Assembly (NCBI GenBank): GCA_951406725.2
Contig: OX597816.1
Span: 69,068,001 to 69,132,000, forward strand
From: Octopus vulgaris
Lineage: Eukaryota
Direction of reading: 5' to 3'
DNA length: 64,000 nucleotides
Shown here: positions 49,551 through 61,835 of the stretch, piece after piece
Layout of the letters: each line of letters opens with the position of its first letter
Numbering within the stretch: the stretch's first letter is position 1
Made by a program: the position numbers and the translations under genes
The notes under the pieces: generated by a model
Database searches by the model: none
The model's input: the letters and a program-made list of their open reading frames with translations, nothing else
Told to the model about the DNA's origin: nothing

Positions 49551-50970
49551 ATGCACATAAACAATATCTGTGTCTTTTGAGTACGTGTCTATATATTAGT
49601 GTATGTTTGTGTGTGTGTGTGGTTTGTGTGTGTTCTTAACCATTAGTCTTTTGTTTCTATGGAAAACACAACTTGGCATTTCGATAATCGAAAATCGATA
49701 CATTATTTTACACATTGAAATAAGTACCGGGTACAATAAGCAAGACTATGTCACGAGGTCTCTGCCCCAGATTGGTCGTAGTTAGATGATTGAATACAAG
49801 ATGAATGAATGCCAAGGCACTTGCAGGGATGTCTAATAACCACGTAAACAGTAATGAAATATAATTGTCCATATATTTTACACTTCATAGACAATTGCTT
49901 GTACAATTACTTCAGTTTAATTGTAGGAAAATTATTACAATTTCATAAACGTGTTCATCATTCCATCGTAGCTTATTTTCAGCAATTTGAAATCAATTAT
50001 GCAAATTGCAAAAGGCATCATTATTTTCCTATTCAGAAAACCTCACTTCTGTAAGAATAAACTACGTAATTATGTAATTAGAAATTGTTAAAAATTACAG
50101 ATTAAAATTCCTATCATTGAGAAAACTTTTTCCTAACTTTTAATTTGATTTTAAATGCATAATGTTTGAGACGTTAATATAACTGATTGTCATAAAAATT
50201 TATATTTGCAGTATTTTCTGATTAATGTTCTTTCCCGCATGTAGAAGTAATCCATGAGATTTATCAGAGGAATCCAATTTAGTATTCTATAATTTTTGTT
50301 TTAATACATATAATGTTACCATATATCTTTATTACTCTCTAATGCAGCATTCCTTCTCTATGGAATATATAAAAATTCCATGTGCTAAATTAGCATCAAC
50401 TTTATTACATTTCATTTAAATCGATATTAACTGTGATGAATTGACGCTGTTTTTTTTCCTCATTATTGCTATTTTCCCGTGTAATGAGCTTAACAGAAGA
50501 AAGTAATAAGATTTCCATTCGACGAGAATTACACAATGCTGTTCATTCTCAAACAGCGTACCTGAAGGGGTATCGAAGCGAAACCTGATTTCTAAAAATA
50601 TAATTCTAGCCTAATTAATCTACATTTGTGTTTAACATCTTTAAAAAAAAGTTAAGCAATGCTTTGTCAAATATTATCCACGTAATTTCCGCTCCACACT
50701 TCCTTGGTACTATGTAAGTAACTAATCATAACTTCCTTTCTATTCAATTATGTAAATTAGGCCAGCACAGCATTTAATCACCTAATATAATTAAAATATT
50801 AATGTTTAAACAGGCTTGGAAACCTGAGATAGAGGATTTTGCTAAATAACTATGAAAGAATCCAAACCAAGTTTATTTCGTCTATCGGGTAATATATATG
50901 TCAAATATTTTTGACACACACACAAGCAAACAAACATGCACGGGACCGTGCACAGTCACACACATTCACA

Positions 50971-51167
50971 AACGTAAACATTGCGCACACACATCGAAAC
51001 AACTTGAAATAAGACCTATGTTAGCATTTTTGAATTTTATAATTGGAACTTAAACATTGCGCACACGTAATTGGAACGTAAACATTGCGCGCACACACAC
51101 GGACACACATCGAAACAACTTGAAATAAGACCTATGTTAGCATTTTTGAATTTTATAATTGGAACTT
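50971..51167. repeat. Tandem duplication of about 80 bp
   Basis: cacacatcgaaacaacttgaaataagacctatgttagcatttttgaattttataattggaact occurs twice, separated by a partial copy. Confidence 0.9.
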
Positions 51168-51380
51168 TTGGCTGTAGAGGACTAGTCTGCTATATCGACA
51201 ATAAGAGTTAATGATACTTAATTGGTAATATTGCGACAGCGAAGTATATACACATACACACAGATAGACAGACAGATAGATAGATAGATATGCATGTTTC
51301 TATATATGTATTTATGAAAGGAATTAAACGCTTTGCTGATTCCGCTATCTTAAAATCTTTACGGCTGCCAATCATATATA

Positions 51381-51690
51381 TAATAGGCATCCGTCGATCT
51401 CTCCGCGTCCGAAGAGATCGTGTGAACTTCAGATGATACTGCAGCGTCTGTTGTAGCTGTACAAACCCACACGGGACAGGCATTTGCGAATACGGTGACA
51501 GCATAGGGAGCAGCTCTCTGCCGGCGCTAATGGATTTTCCTTCTATCGAATGTTCTTTTCTTTGGTGGCGAGTTCGTGCATTTATTCTGGTCGCGTCATC
51601 GCCTTTCGAAGTATTTGTCTTCAGTGTAGGCGATCATTTGCGACATCCTCCCATCTCGGAACGTCCAGATTAAGCGGTGTCATAGCATCT
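51381..51690 (-). mobile_element. RTE-clade LINE 3' end
   Basis: Minus strand LDVPRWEDVANDR..KEK and zinc-finger-like CLSRVGLYSYNRRC; ends cgacggatgcctatta. Confidence 0.75.
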
Positions 51691-51731
51691 GTGTGTGTGT
51701 GTACAATCGCTTGCATATTAAAGACAAAAGC

Positions 51732-51777
<46 letters not shown>

Positions 51778-51863
51778 AGCGAATACCTATTTTACACATA
51801 CTTAAGGGTTTTAAAAAATTAAAATATAGTTTATAGTATTGAACGATGATAAATTGATATAAG

Positions 51864-51958
51864 GGCCTGATGATTGGGGTTACATTTTAAGACGGGTTCC
51901 AGCAAAACGCGGAATGGTTTAGGAACCGGGGAATGTACCTCATGAAGAACGTGTAGCC
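51864..51958 (+). ncRNA. HHR-like motif with extended stem II, in a TA-flanked fragment (about 51775-52110)
   Basis: ggc-CTGATGA-tggggttacatt...aatgtacctca-GAAGA-acgt-GTA-gcc (GAAAC decayed). Confidence 0.6.
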
Positions 51959-52119
51959 AAGTTATAAAACAGTAGGTATTAAAAATAAAAATTCTTTTTT
52001 ATATGGTGAGATGAAGGGCCTACTATCTCTAAATTGAAACATATTTCTTCATTGACAATAAATTGAACTTCTGTTATGCCGGAATTTTTATTCCGTAACA
52101 AATAAAATTTAAATATATG

Positions 52120-52151
<32 letters not shown>

Positions 52152-52249
52152 GATATATATACGTGTGCGCACGTGTGTGTGAATGGGTATGTGTATAGTA
52201 TATAATACATATATATAAAATATATATCATATTTATTATATATTACATA

Positions 52250-52345
52250 GAGTGCAAGCGTAGCTGTGTACTGAGAATATTGCTTCCCAACAACCTGGTC
52301 GCGAGTTCGGTCCCAATGCGGGGAACCTTGGTCAAGTGTCGTCTA
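52250..52345 (+). mobile_element. SINE family A head fragment
   Basis: gcgtagctgtgt...gagttcggtccc...accttggtcaagtgtc. Confidence 0.65.
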
Positions 52346-52354
52346 CAAGTGTCG

Positions 52355-52541
52355 TCAATGCCACGATCACATGTTACACACCTTCCTTCCAACTCACTGC
52401 TGTAAACAGCAGAAATAAAGTAGAAATTTAAAACTTAGTACACATGCACAGCAAAGGTGAAGCTTAATCCCTACGAAGCGGCTTCACTTTGTGTGTGTTA
52501 GATTTGTTACTATGGCAACAATCCGGCTACTTATTAATCAG

Positions 52542-52548
<7 letters not shown>
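52355..52548. mobile_element. Right arm of the MITE family seen at 18753-19312
   Basis: ccttccttccaa...atggcaacaatccggctacttattaatcagacc matches 19145-19310. Confidence 0.75.
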
Positions 52549-52594
<46 letters not shown>

Positions 52595-53279
52595 TACGTG
52601 CGTATATATGTATGTATGTATATATATATATATATATATATACATACATACACATAGGTATATATTTATAAATATATATATATATATATATGTATAAATC
52701 TCTCTATATATATATATGAGAGAGAGAGAGAGAAAGTAAGAGAGCGTGATAGATAGACAGACAGGCACAAACTAGTGTAGATTGGTGTTTAACTTTGAGG
52801 TGTATAGGTTATACAGAGAAGAATACCGGTATGTATCTTTCGTTATATATGACTTTCGGATGATAAACCATGAAATGTTTTGATTCGGATTAATTACTTG
52901 AGAAAGCTAACGTAGTGTAGACTTCTTTGTTATCCAATACATTTATAGAACAGACAGCGTAAGAATGCTCAAGCCATCATTTGGAAGCCACATAACTTCT
53001 CTGCTGTACAACGGATTTTAGGCAGTATGCTATGTCTATTGTCGCACATGAATGAGCACTGTACTAGTATGTGAGATTTAAATTTAATAGATTTAATAAA
53101 TCTCCAAAATTCTTGGTCAATGTACTGGAAATATGAGTGCAATGTCCATTAGCTTAAAAGGAGTTTTTTTTTTATATTTCACAATTTCATATATATTTTC
53201 CCAGTCACTCTATAAAGTTAAACTCATTCAGTGCCTTATGCAATATATGTGTGTGTGTGTGAGTGTGTGTATGTGTGTG

Positions 53280-53500
53280 CAGAGATAGGTAGGTATAGAC
53301 AGATAGATAGATAGATCGATCGATAGATAAATTGATAGATAGACAGATGGATAGGTAGATCGATAGGTAGATAGCTAGGCAGATAGACAGATTGATCGAT
53401 AGAGAGACAGAAAGATCGATAAATAGAGAGATAGACAGATCGATAAATAGAGAGATAGACAGACATATGGATAGGTAGATAGATAGATAGATAGATAGAT
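53280..53500. repeat. (GATA)n/(GACA)n microsatellite
   Basis: Direct inspection. Confidence 0.9.
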
Positions 53501-53616
53501 ATTACATGTTACACTTCACTCATGTAGCCACATATATTCGGTCCTTGAGCTTTTCCATTTTCTGGACTTTTTCCCTTCTCTAGACATTTTCCGCTCTACA
53601 ATTCTCCTTTTCTTGC

Positions 53617-53649
53617 TTTCTGGCGAAGAGCTATGCTCGAGTCGTCAAT
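53617..53649 (+). ncRNA. Decayed mini-HHR family motif
   Basis: ttt-CTGGCGA-agagc-tat-gctc-GAGTC-GTC-aat; downstream ctgaacgtc. Confidence 0.4.
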
Positions 53650-53764
53650 AACCCATTATTTTTTCCACTTTTACTGAACGTCAAACAGAAACATTCCATA
53701 GGTACATCGACTTGTTATATTATGTTTTCTTGTAATGTTCGATTTTTAATATTCGATTATACAA

Positions 53765-53855
53765 TATATATATATACATACACATATGTGTAAATATATA
53801 GTTATATACATACACTTATGTATGTATATATATATATATATATATACATTCACAC

Positions 53856-53896
<41 letters not shown>

Positions 53897-53987
53897 CACA
53901 CACATATGTATATATGTATATATATATATATCTTTATATATAAATACACACACATATGTATATATATATATATACATACACACACAC

Positions 53988-54036
<49 letters not shown>

Positions 54037-54230
54037 CATACATACATATACACACGCACACACATATGTATATATACATACATACATATACACACACATA
54101 TGTATATATATATATATATATACATACAAACACATATATATATATAAGCATACACACACACATATGTATATATATATATATATATACATACACACACATA
54201 TGTATATATATATATATACACACATATGTG

Positions 54231-54279
<49 letters not shown>

Positions 54280-54280
54280 A
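53765..54280. repeat. (TA)n/(CA)n compound microsatellite
   Basis: Direct inspection. Confidence 0.92.
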
Positions 54281-54474
54281 GGATCGCTATAGTTCATGTA
54301 AAGGATTGTGGTCAGAAGTAGAAATCCAAGAAGTTTTACAAATAGAAATAAAGCCTTTATATCTTGGCCGAAAATGTTTCGATTCAGAAGGAGATATTGA
54401 AAAAAAATATGGGTTAACATAGGTTCCTTGTGATTTTAATTAAAGGATGTCATTAATTCCATTTTCCCTCGATT

Positions 54475-54525
<51 letters not shown>

Positions 54526-55374
54526 TAAAATAGTACGCTGGCACGCCTGTGTTTGTGTGTGCTTGTCTGTTTTGTAACGTATTGGTGTTTCTTTTTACAT
54601 AATGTTATACAAAGTTAGTGAATGTTTTATACAAACTAGAAGTCCAATACTCTAAACTGTATTTAAAATATGTATATTAGTTTTTTCCCCTTATGTGTTA
54701 TGTTATTCTGGGAAATAACTTTAGCTATTTGTTGAAAAAAGTCGATTACATGTTACAACAAAATTTATATCAGTCTAAGAGAAGTAATTACAGATAAATA
54801 TATATAACCAAAACGTTTGATGTTAGCGGATCCTCTTTGTGAAGACGGCTTGCCCAGCAGAGATGCTAAGTACTTGAGTTGGAAGCCATAATATATTTAT
54901 GTATGCTTGTATACATACATACATACATACATACATACATGCAAATATATAGTTTTTAAATACAGAACATATGTATATCATATACATATGTGTGTGTGTG
55001 TGTGCGCCTGTGAGTGTAGTTTTTTATATACATATATGTATAACGTAAGTGTGTATGTATATATGACTATATATAATTGTACTTGTGTGTATGTGTGTTC
55101 ATGTATTTTCATGCTTGTCTGTTCTATGTTGCTATATCATCCTTTCTTTTAGATTTTTCGTATATTCGTATAAGCCCCGTGAAATTCGTTTTGAAAAATA
55201 AGTTCATAAATTTATTTTCATCTCTGTCACATTATCTGAATATGGAGTTGTAGTGGTTTTTGTATGTTATATCGGGTGACACTTGTTTATGCAGATTTTA
55301 TCACCAGTATTTGACTCTGAGAAATATAATTTACTCAGGAGCGTATTTTGGCCGTCAAATATATAGTACCTCAC

Positions 55375-55512
55375 ATGCTCGTCCAGTATGTGAGGTCAGT
55401 TCGTGGTTTGTATATTAGTTTCAGTTCCCCGCTATGATATAAGTATTGCTTTCGTATATAGTTGTCTTTGCGGTAAGCTATATATGTGAGTAAATATATT
55501 CCCGATGTAAAT
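55375..55512 (-). CDS. Candidate 138-bp internal exon of an unidentified gene
   Basis: Poly-T acceptor ending cag, donor AT|gtgagg, length divisible by 3, one open frame FTSGIYLLTYIAYRKDNYIRKQYLYHSGELKLIYKPRTDLTYWTS; no homology recognised. Confidence 0.3.
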
Positions 55513-55862
55513 CTGAAAAAAAAATAATCACCTAATACGACAGAGATAGTATTAAAAGCCAATACACTTCCGTATATGATAATTAGTTTATGGTTTTCTA
55601 CCTGCAAGTATCAAATGAAGACACTGTGAAGCGTCACGTGCCGGTTGAGACTAGAATATCTTCAATCATAAGTAGCGGTATAAATATTGACATGTGTATA
55701 TGTGGTGATAGATTTATGCTTACTTCCAGTTTTTCCGAAAGAGTATGTACATATGTGTGTGGCTGTGTGTGTATATATGTATATATATATATATATATTC
55801 ACGAAATACGACGGAAATTGAATTAAACTCTTTTTATCCATACATGTATACACGTATGTATG

Positions 55863-55895
<33 letters not shown>

Positions 55896-55898
55896 ATG

Positions 55899-55941
<43 letters not shown>

Positions 55942-55946
<5 letters not shown>

Positions 55947-56127
55947 ATCCAAACAAGAAAACACAGAAAAAAAGAGAAAAAACACAGCAACGCAGGACGT
56001 GGAACAATTAAAGTATTATTGACGCTCAGGAAAGAAGGGAAGGAGGGTTTAACGTTTCGAGCGGAGCTCTTCGTCGGAAACAAGGCGAAGGAAAGATCCC
56101 AAGGAGGGAAGACAGAGGAGAAAAAAA
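55942..56127 (-). mobile_element. Short HHR-bearing non-coding repeat (mini-HHR family) between (TA)n tracts
   Basis: 56047-56081 minus: gttt-CCGACGA-agagc-tcc-gctc-GAAAC-GTT-aaac; downstream cctgagcgtc. Confidence 0.7.
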
Positions 56128-56145
56128 TATATATATACACATACA

Positions 56146-56187
<42 letters not shown>

Positions 56188-56199
56188 TAAAAAATGGAG

Positions 56200-57252
56200 T
56201 TAACGCAGGTTTAAACAAGTATTTTTACTTTCTACATATCCTATCCTAACCTTATGTGAATTAATTATAGAGTAATATCTAGAATTATTTGGAAAAATCC
56301 TAGCAATAGCTTGACGAAACAGCAGTGGGAGATTAGATTTAATTTGTCTCCCGTAAGGAATTATTAACCAAATATTTTTACTAGTATTCATAGCGTAATT
56401 ACTTTTGAAGGTGTTATATTTACTTTTAGATCGGTAATAGGGGAATAAATAAGGGTTATCTGCCTTCATTCGCTTTGTATCGGTGGGTAAGTTATGTTTG
56501 TTATCAATAATTCTTTTACGACTAGAAATCTTATCTACATTATTGAATTTACAATTAGACTGAGCAGAATCAATGTAGAACATTTTTTCTGTATAACCTG
56601 CTTTGATTAAGGCTGAGTTATAGAATTCAGCGTTATTATTGAAAATATCAACATTAGCAGATAATTTAGATAATCTAAATGAAATATTCTTAACTAAATT
56701 CTTAGTAATTGCTCCAGGATGATTACTAAATTTGCTAATGTACTTAAGATTGGTCAACGGTTTATGATATGGGAAGTAAGAGTCACTGTGTAAATTAAGC
56801 GTAATATCTAAAAAGTTGGCCTTCGTCAGATCATCAAAAACGATTTTTAAGCCCATTCTACTGAAAAAATTAACTAAACTGTTCTTAACGTTTTGTACCT
56901 TTTGGTTGGAAACATTTCGGAGGTAAAGTAAACAATCATCACGATATAGACCTCCATAAATGTTAGGGAACTCTTCAGCCATTTCAAAAAGAATATATAT
57001 ACAGACCAAATCAGCTATCTGTGCTGAATCAGAACTTCCTATAGGTATATCGAAACTATCTGGTGTGTCTTTACGGACCCACAACTTATCATCAAATTTA
57101 ATAATAGATCTTCTGGCTGCCAACACAACATTAATTTCTTCTCGGGTGAGACCAGCTTTGTTATGAGCAAGCCAAAGTGCCTTATTAAGTACTATTGGAT
57201 TAATAGACGAATAAAAATTGGAAATATCAAACTGGATAAACTTCGTACTCAC
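56200..57252 (-). CDS. Penelope-like reverse transcriptase core and thumb (partial, uninterrupted frame)
   Basis: KFIQFDISNFYSSI, FDIPIGSSDSAQIADLV, GLYRDDCL, NFLDITLNL, PYHKP..YISKFSNHP. Confidence 0.92.
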   Translation of the reverse strand: MSTKFIQFDISNFYSSINPIVLNKALWLAHNKAGLTREEINVVLAARRSIIKFDDKLWVRKDTPDSFDIPIGSSDSAQIADLVCIYILFEMAEEFPNIYGGLYRDDCLLYLRNVSNQKVQNVKNSLVNFFSRMGLKIVFDDLTKANFLDITLNLHSDSYFPYHKPLTNLKYISKFSNHPGAITKNLVKNISFRLSKLSANVDIFNNNAEFYNSALIKAGYTEKMFYIDSAQSNCKFNNVDKISSRKRIIDNKHNLPTDTKRMKADNPYLFPYYRSKSKYNTFKSNYAMNTSKNIWLIIPYGRQIKSNLPLLFRQAIARIFPNNSRYYSIINSHKVRIGYVESKNTCLNLR

Positions 57253-57262
57253 CTATCCATTA

Positions 57263-57540
57263 CTATCCATTACTCAACATTTAGGGATAGAAATAAGCGG
57301 TATAGTACCGGTCTCAGCAAACTGATTTGGGATTTAAAAGACCACAATGAACAATTTCATTTAGAATGGTTGATCCTCTCAATTTCGATACCATATGACA
57401 AAGGCAAGAAATTCTGTCTTCTCTGCAATTCTGAGCTATTTTTCATTATTTTTTCTAAAAATACTCTAGTAAACATGGTTATAGAACGAGCATACAGATG
57501 TAAGCATTAGCAGAAACATACTTTTAGTGCATATAAGTAG
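57263..57540 (+). pseudogene. GIY-YIG endonuclease C-terminal half of the Penelope-like element
   Basis: HYSTFR..YSTGLSKLIWDLK..LEWLIL..PY..FCLLCNSELFFI..RCKH; the N-terminal part of ORF 57163 is antisense RT. Confidence 0.8.
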
Positions 57541-57740
57541 TCTCTATCATTATATATAGTTTAGACTTTAATTTCCTTTATATTTAACATTCACTATTAA
57601 TATCCCTACTCTTTCTGTTAGCTACTTATGACGTTATATCATATAACGTTTTTTTAAACGATATTAATAGCGTTCTGTCTATCGCTATACGAATCCATCA
57701 CTTTTTGCTAAAATGTCGTATTGACAAGTTTCGTTTTTTC

Positions 57741-57827
57741 ACTTTCCCGAAGAGAAGATTGCATTGTTTATACCTTTTATTCTTTTGAATAAGTATCAGT
57801 GGAATTTTTGAAACATATGTAGAAAGT
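57741..57827 (+). ncRNA. Minimal HHR (CCGAAGA core) in the Penelope-like 3' region
   Basis: actttc-CCGAAGA-(long stem II)-GAAAC-atat-GTA-gaaagt, with perfect 6-bp stem I. Confidence 0.8.
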
Positions 57828-57998
57828 AAAAATACTTGTTTAAACCTGCGTTAACTCCATTTTTTATTCATATTATTCAAATATTCAACGTAAACACGAA
57901 GTTTCAACCTTTATAAGCAAGGAGTTACAACATCTTTACTTGTGAGATTTTTGCTGCCCTGGTAACTATTCATTCATTTATCCGTGTTAATTGTTAAC

Positions 57999-58050
<52 letters not shown>

Positions 58051-60688
58051 ATACATATAAATAAATAAATGAATAAATTCATATATACATATGGAGAGAT
58101 TTTTCGTAGCATCTAGTCTACGATTTTCTAATCAAACAGAGATAATAGAAGAGAACACTCATTTAACTAAATGTACTTTGATCGGCGCTGCAAACAGAAC
58201 GCCTCCTTTATGACATAACGTATGTTCATTTATCTTTAAGGATGTAATATGCACGGGCTGGTATCGTTTACTCTTTACCCTTGTGTTAATCTTATACCTC
58301 GTGTTTGCTCTTATGTTTTTATGCTGCTCTTTAAATTTACTTGTAAACTGTCTTTGGTTTCCTTCTTTCAGTCTTATCCTTTTTCTGTCTATTTCTATTC
58401 GTTCATATTTCCTTTTCTGTTAATGTTACAGTTTTCACCCCTTCCCCTATATATTTGTACATACATTTCCTTTTTATTCAGGTTTATACTAAATACTTCT
58501 ACCTACATTTGGGACCCTTTGTGGCTCTCTTTCCATTGTTCTCTTTTCTTCTTGCGTAATGGGTCTTACAGAGACAAGTTAATTCACTTCAGTTTCGCTC
58601 TTTATAAATTATTCCATTAACTATTCTGTACTCTATTAATGCATCCATTGTAACTAGCTGTAAATTGTTAGAATACCAACGTCATTACTAATAATGTAGT
58701 TTTACTGAGAAGCTGATTCGTTAGCAAAATTAATGAAGAACAGCCAGTTGAATAATGAAGTTCGAGAAACGATATAAAATTTCTTTAACCAGATTACTTT
58801 CCTTCACATGTAGAGTGACTGATTTAATTAAATTTATCTCTGATGGTTACAACGTCTCCTCATCATGGAGTTTATTTTACGACCTCAGCATTAACTGAAC
58901 GAAATAATTACTCTCCTTTAGAAACTAGTTTCCGAAGAAATCATATCAAAAATCCTCATTTTCCTCTGTCTATTTCCATGGAAATTAAAACTTCATTTCG
59001 TAGTCACTTAATTACTGTTTACGTATATTGTTTTCCATTAATACTTTCACTCCACTTTCTAACTCTGATTATATTTTCGAAAGAAACGACCAAATGAATT
59101 TTCGGCAGCACCAGAATACCTATCTTTGTCTCCTAGCTGCATCTTACGATTACTTATCTTTTAGTGTATATGTACTTGAGTATATCAAGTTTGGAAGACA
59201 TATAAGGGTTGAAATGTATGCCCCCATCATGTATTGAGCCAGGTGCAATGTCACAATCACACAGCATGAGTTGTATGTAGCATGACAAAGCCCCTTACCC
59301 ATACAAAAAAATATCTATATTGCTACCATTTTTTAATGATAAGCATCACCGCTCTGCAATATACACTGAGAATATTGTCTTCATCGAATTCGCCTCTAAT
59401 GAAAAAGCATTCCAGACATTATCTTTCAGCCATGTTTTCCAGACAAGTCATATCTAACACTGTTATCCAGAGTGCTGTTTTGAATTAGAGGCCACCGTTT
59501 GATTTAAGAGATTTTGAAGCTATATCTCTCAGAGAAAATGATAGTGTAGAAGAACTCTGGTTCTTAACTCTTCATTCATTTATAGCTTCTTTCTTCAGCA
59601 GTAAATGAAGGACAATGGGTGGCTTTCAGCAAGATTCACAACGATTTTTGTCACGAAATAAAGCCGTGATTTTGCAGTGAATGATCTTAAAATGTTCGAG
59701 AATAGTGAAATTTCTACCGTACATCCGCAAATGTTTCATGTGTCTCTTCACAGATAAATACCATCATTATTTATAAGAAATTTCGAGACTGTCATTTAGC
59801 TTCTCTCTGTATAATCTTGTTGACGAAATAAAAAATTCTTTGAGTGGTGCTCCAGCATGATTGCATCTGCATGGCTGGAACTAGTTAAAGAATTAAAAAA
59901 AATATCTCAATCACTTTAACGCAATTCAACAATTACTATAAATAAGTAATTAATCACCTTCAAAATTCGAAATAAAATGCAATGAATTTTACAAATGCAG
60001 GACTTCAGTGAATTTGAATTCTCTAGAAGTCATTTTCACTCTCGAATTGTGATTATGTTTCATTGATCTGCTTAGGTACCATGCTTTCAAACCTCACTGA
60101 ATAGTTTTGTAATAACCCTAACTATGTAAAATAAGGTAAATTGAATAACGAAATATGGATGAAGTTACTGTATATGCTATTAGTGCATCTTATTCGATAG
60201 GAGTTGTCACCACTTCAGTAGTCTTTATTTGAGAGCTACTAAACGAAAACATGAGTTTAATATGAAATGCTAAATAAGAGTAAAATATTGTATACGTTAA
60301 AGTCCATAATGCTATTTGTGATGAGTTTGGCTACAAGAATATACGTGAATACAATCTATAATACACTAACTTCCACTACTGAGAGAATTTCTCTCTAATC
60401 TGGTTATCTCTGACAAAAGACGGATTATGTCGCAGTCATATGTATTTCTAATGTTCTTAAACAGATTAACTCTTGTATATATTCTGTTAAATGGTTAATG
60501 TAGTTTCGATGAAAAATTCGTTCCGTGCAACTATAAATAAATAATTCTATAATTTCAACTTTTAAAATTTCTTAGAGTAACAGTCGTAACTTCTTTTGCG
60601 TTTGCTTTCTCTCTTAATGAAATCAGCTTCCAGAGAGAGAGGGAGGGAGAAAAAAAAACAGAGCGAGTGGGAGGGAGAGAGAGAAAGA

Positions 60689-60749
<61 letters not shown>

Positions 60750-60752
<3 letters not shown>

Positions 60753-60860
60753 GTGCAGGTGTAGCTGTGTGGTAAGTAGCCTGCTTACACAAACCGCATA
60801 GTTCCTGGTTCAGTCCCACTGCGCGACACATTCGGCAAGTGTGTTCTACTATAGCCTCTA
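60750..60860 (+). mobile_element. SINE family A head fragment
   Basis: ggtgcaggtgtagctgtgtggtaagtagc...ggttcagtcccactgcg...ggcaagtgtgttctactatagcctc. Confidence 0.8.
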
Positions 60861-60984
60861 TAGTATTTATATAGAATGTAGTTCTGTATAAATCTTTAAT
60901 AATTTTTTTATACTGAAGATCGTCAGAAATGTTAAGAAATCAGCCGCTACCCACCTTGTCCTGCTTTGATTAAAAGATTACAGC

Positions 60985-61470
60985 ATAGATTAGATTACTT
61001 AGATACGTTTCAGCCGAAGGTGACTCAGGCCATATCTAATTTAATAGCACCACCTGGAAGAGAATCATAGCTCTGAGGAACTGTAGCTCATTCAAGCAGA
61101 TGGTTATTGTTTTCAGAGACATATCTGGGTGTGGGTGGTTTATCTGGTATTTGTTGTGGGTAATCATCTAGGGATCGTTTGAATGCCGGGAAGTCACTTT
61201 CCTCCGTTATGTCTGTCTGGCACGATGTTCAAGAGAGCAGGGCCAAATGTGGTGAAATAGTTCTGTCATAGTGTTGTGATACGACACGGACATTTCTGTA
61301 GTGGATGGATGGCACGGGAGCCAAGCCTCGTACGAATTTTAAAGATGGGTAATGTTGATGGAATATTTTCCACATCATACAGAATACATAGGGGTCATAG
61401 CGGCGGTGGAGGGAGCAAAGCCTCAGCTTTTTGAGTCGATCCAAATAGTCAAAGCTTGTCATGTCGTCCT
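60985..61470 (-). mobile_element. Older CR1-like LINE 3' fragment
   Basis: ORF 61229-61462 DYLDRLKKLRLCSLHRRYD..MWKIF; 3' end ggtggtgc..atggcct..ggctgaaac. Confidence 0.75.
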
Positions 61471-61659
61471 CCGCAGACCTCCGCGAAGCAGCTCATTTTA
61501 AGAGAGATACACGAGTAAAATTACTAATAGAGAAACGAAAATAAACGCCACCATAGGTTATGAGGAAACGATGAACATGTTTTCAAGGGAGATAATCAAC
61601 GAACATAAGGTAATACCTCATGTAAAGTAAATATAACAAAGAAACATCCTTCAAGAATC

Positions 61660-61835
61660 GATAAAAATTCCCCGATCACAACCAAATTTCGTCATCTGTT
61701 CCTCGTGTCATTACAAATTTCTGCATGTTTCATTAAATACCCTTCACAACCTTTTGAGTTATTTTCCACACAGTCAGACAGGCGGACAAACCAACGCCAA
61801 TGAAAACCTAACCTCCTTCCTTGGCGGAGGTAACA
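61660..61835 (+). mobile_element. Helentron-associated (HINE-like) element 3' end
   Basis: ttttgagttatt..cagacag..gaaaacctaACCTCCttccttggcGGAGGTaac terminal hairpin. Confidence 0.6.

Larger units (their letters stand above)
56181..58004. mobile_element. Rearranged Penelope-like (Naiad-type) element inserted in (TA)n
   Basis: RT on minus strand, GIY-YIG C-terminal half plus 3'UTR plus HHR on plus strand; 59-bp inverted repeat 56181-56239 vs 57815-57873; TA tracts on both sides. Confidence 0.9.

Noticed and set aside
50971-51167. CRISPR-like repeat-spacer pattern (also 49273-49383)
   Set aside because: Only two copies, eukaryotic context, no unique spacers or cas genes
57625-57665. SECIS-like ATGA..AA..GA in the Penelope-like 3'UTR
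   Set aside because: Helix II does not pair well, a competing 9-bp hairpin exists, and no in-frame TGA is seen in the retained ORF parts
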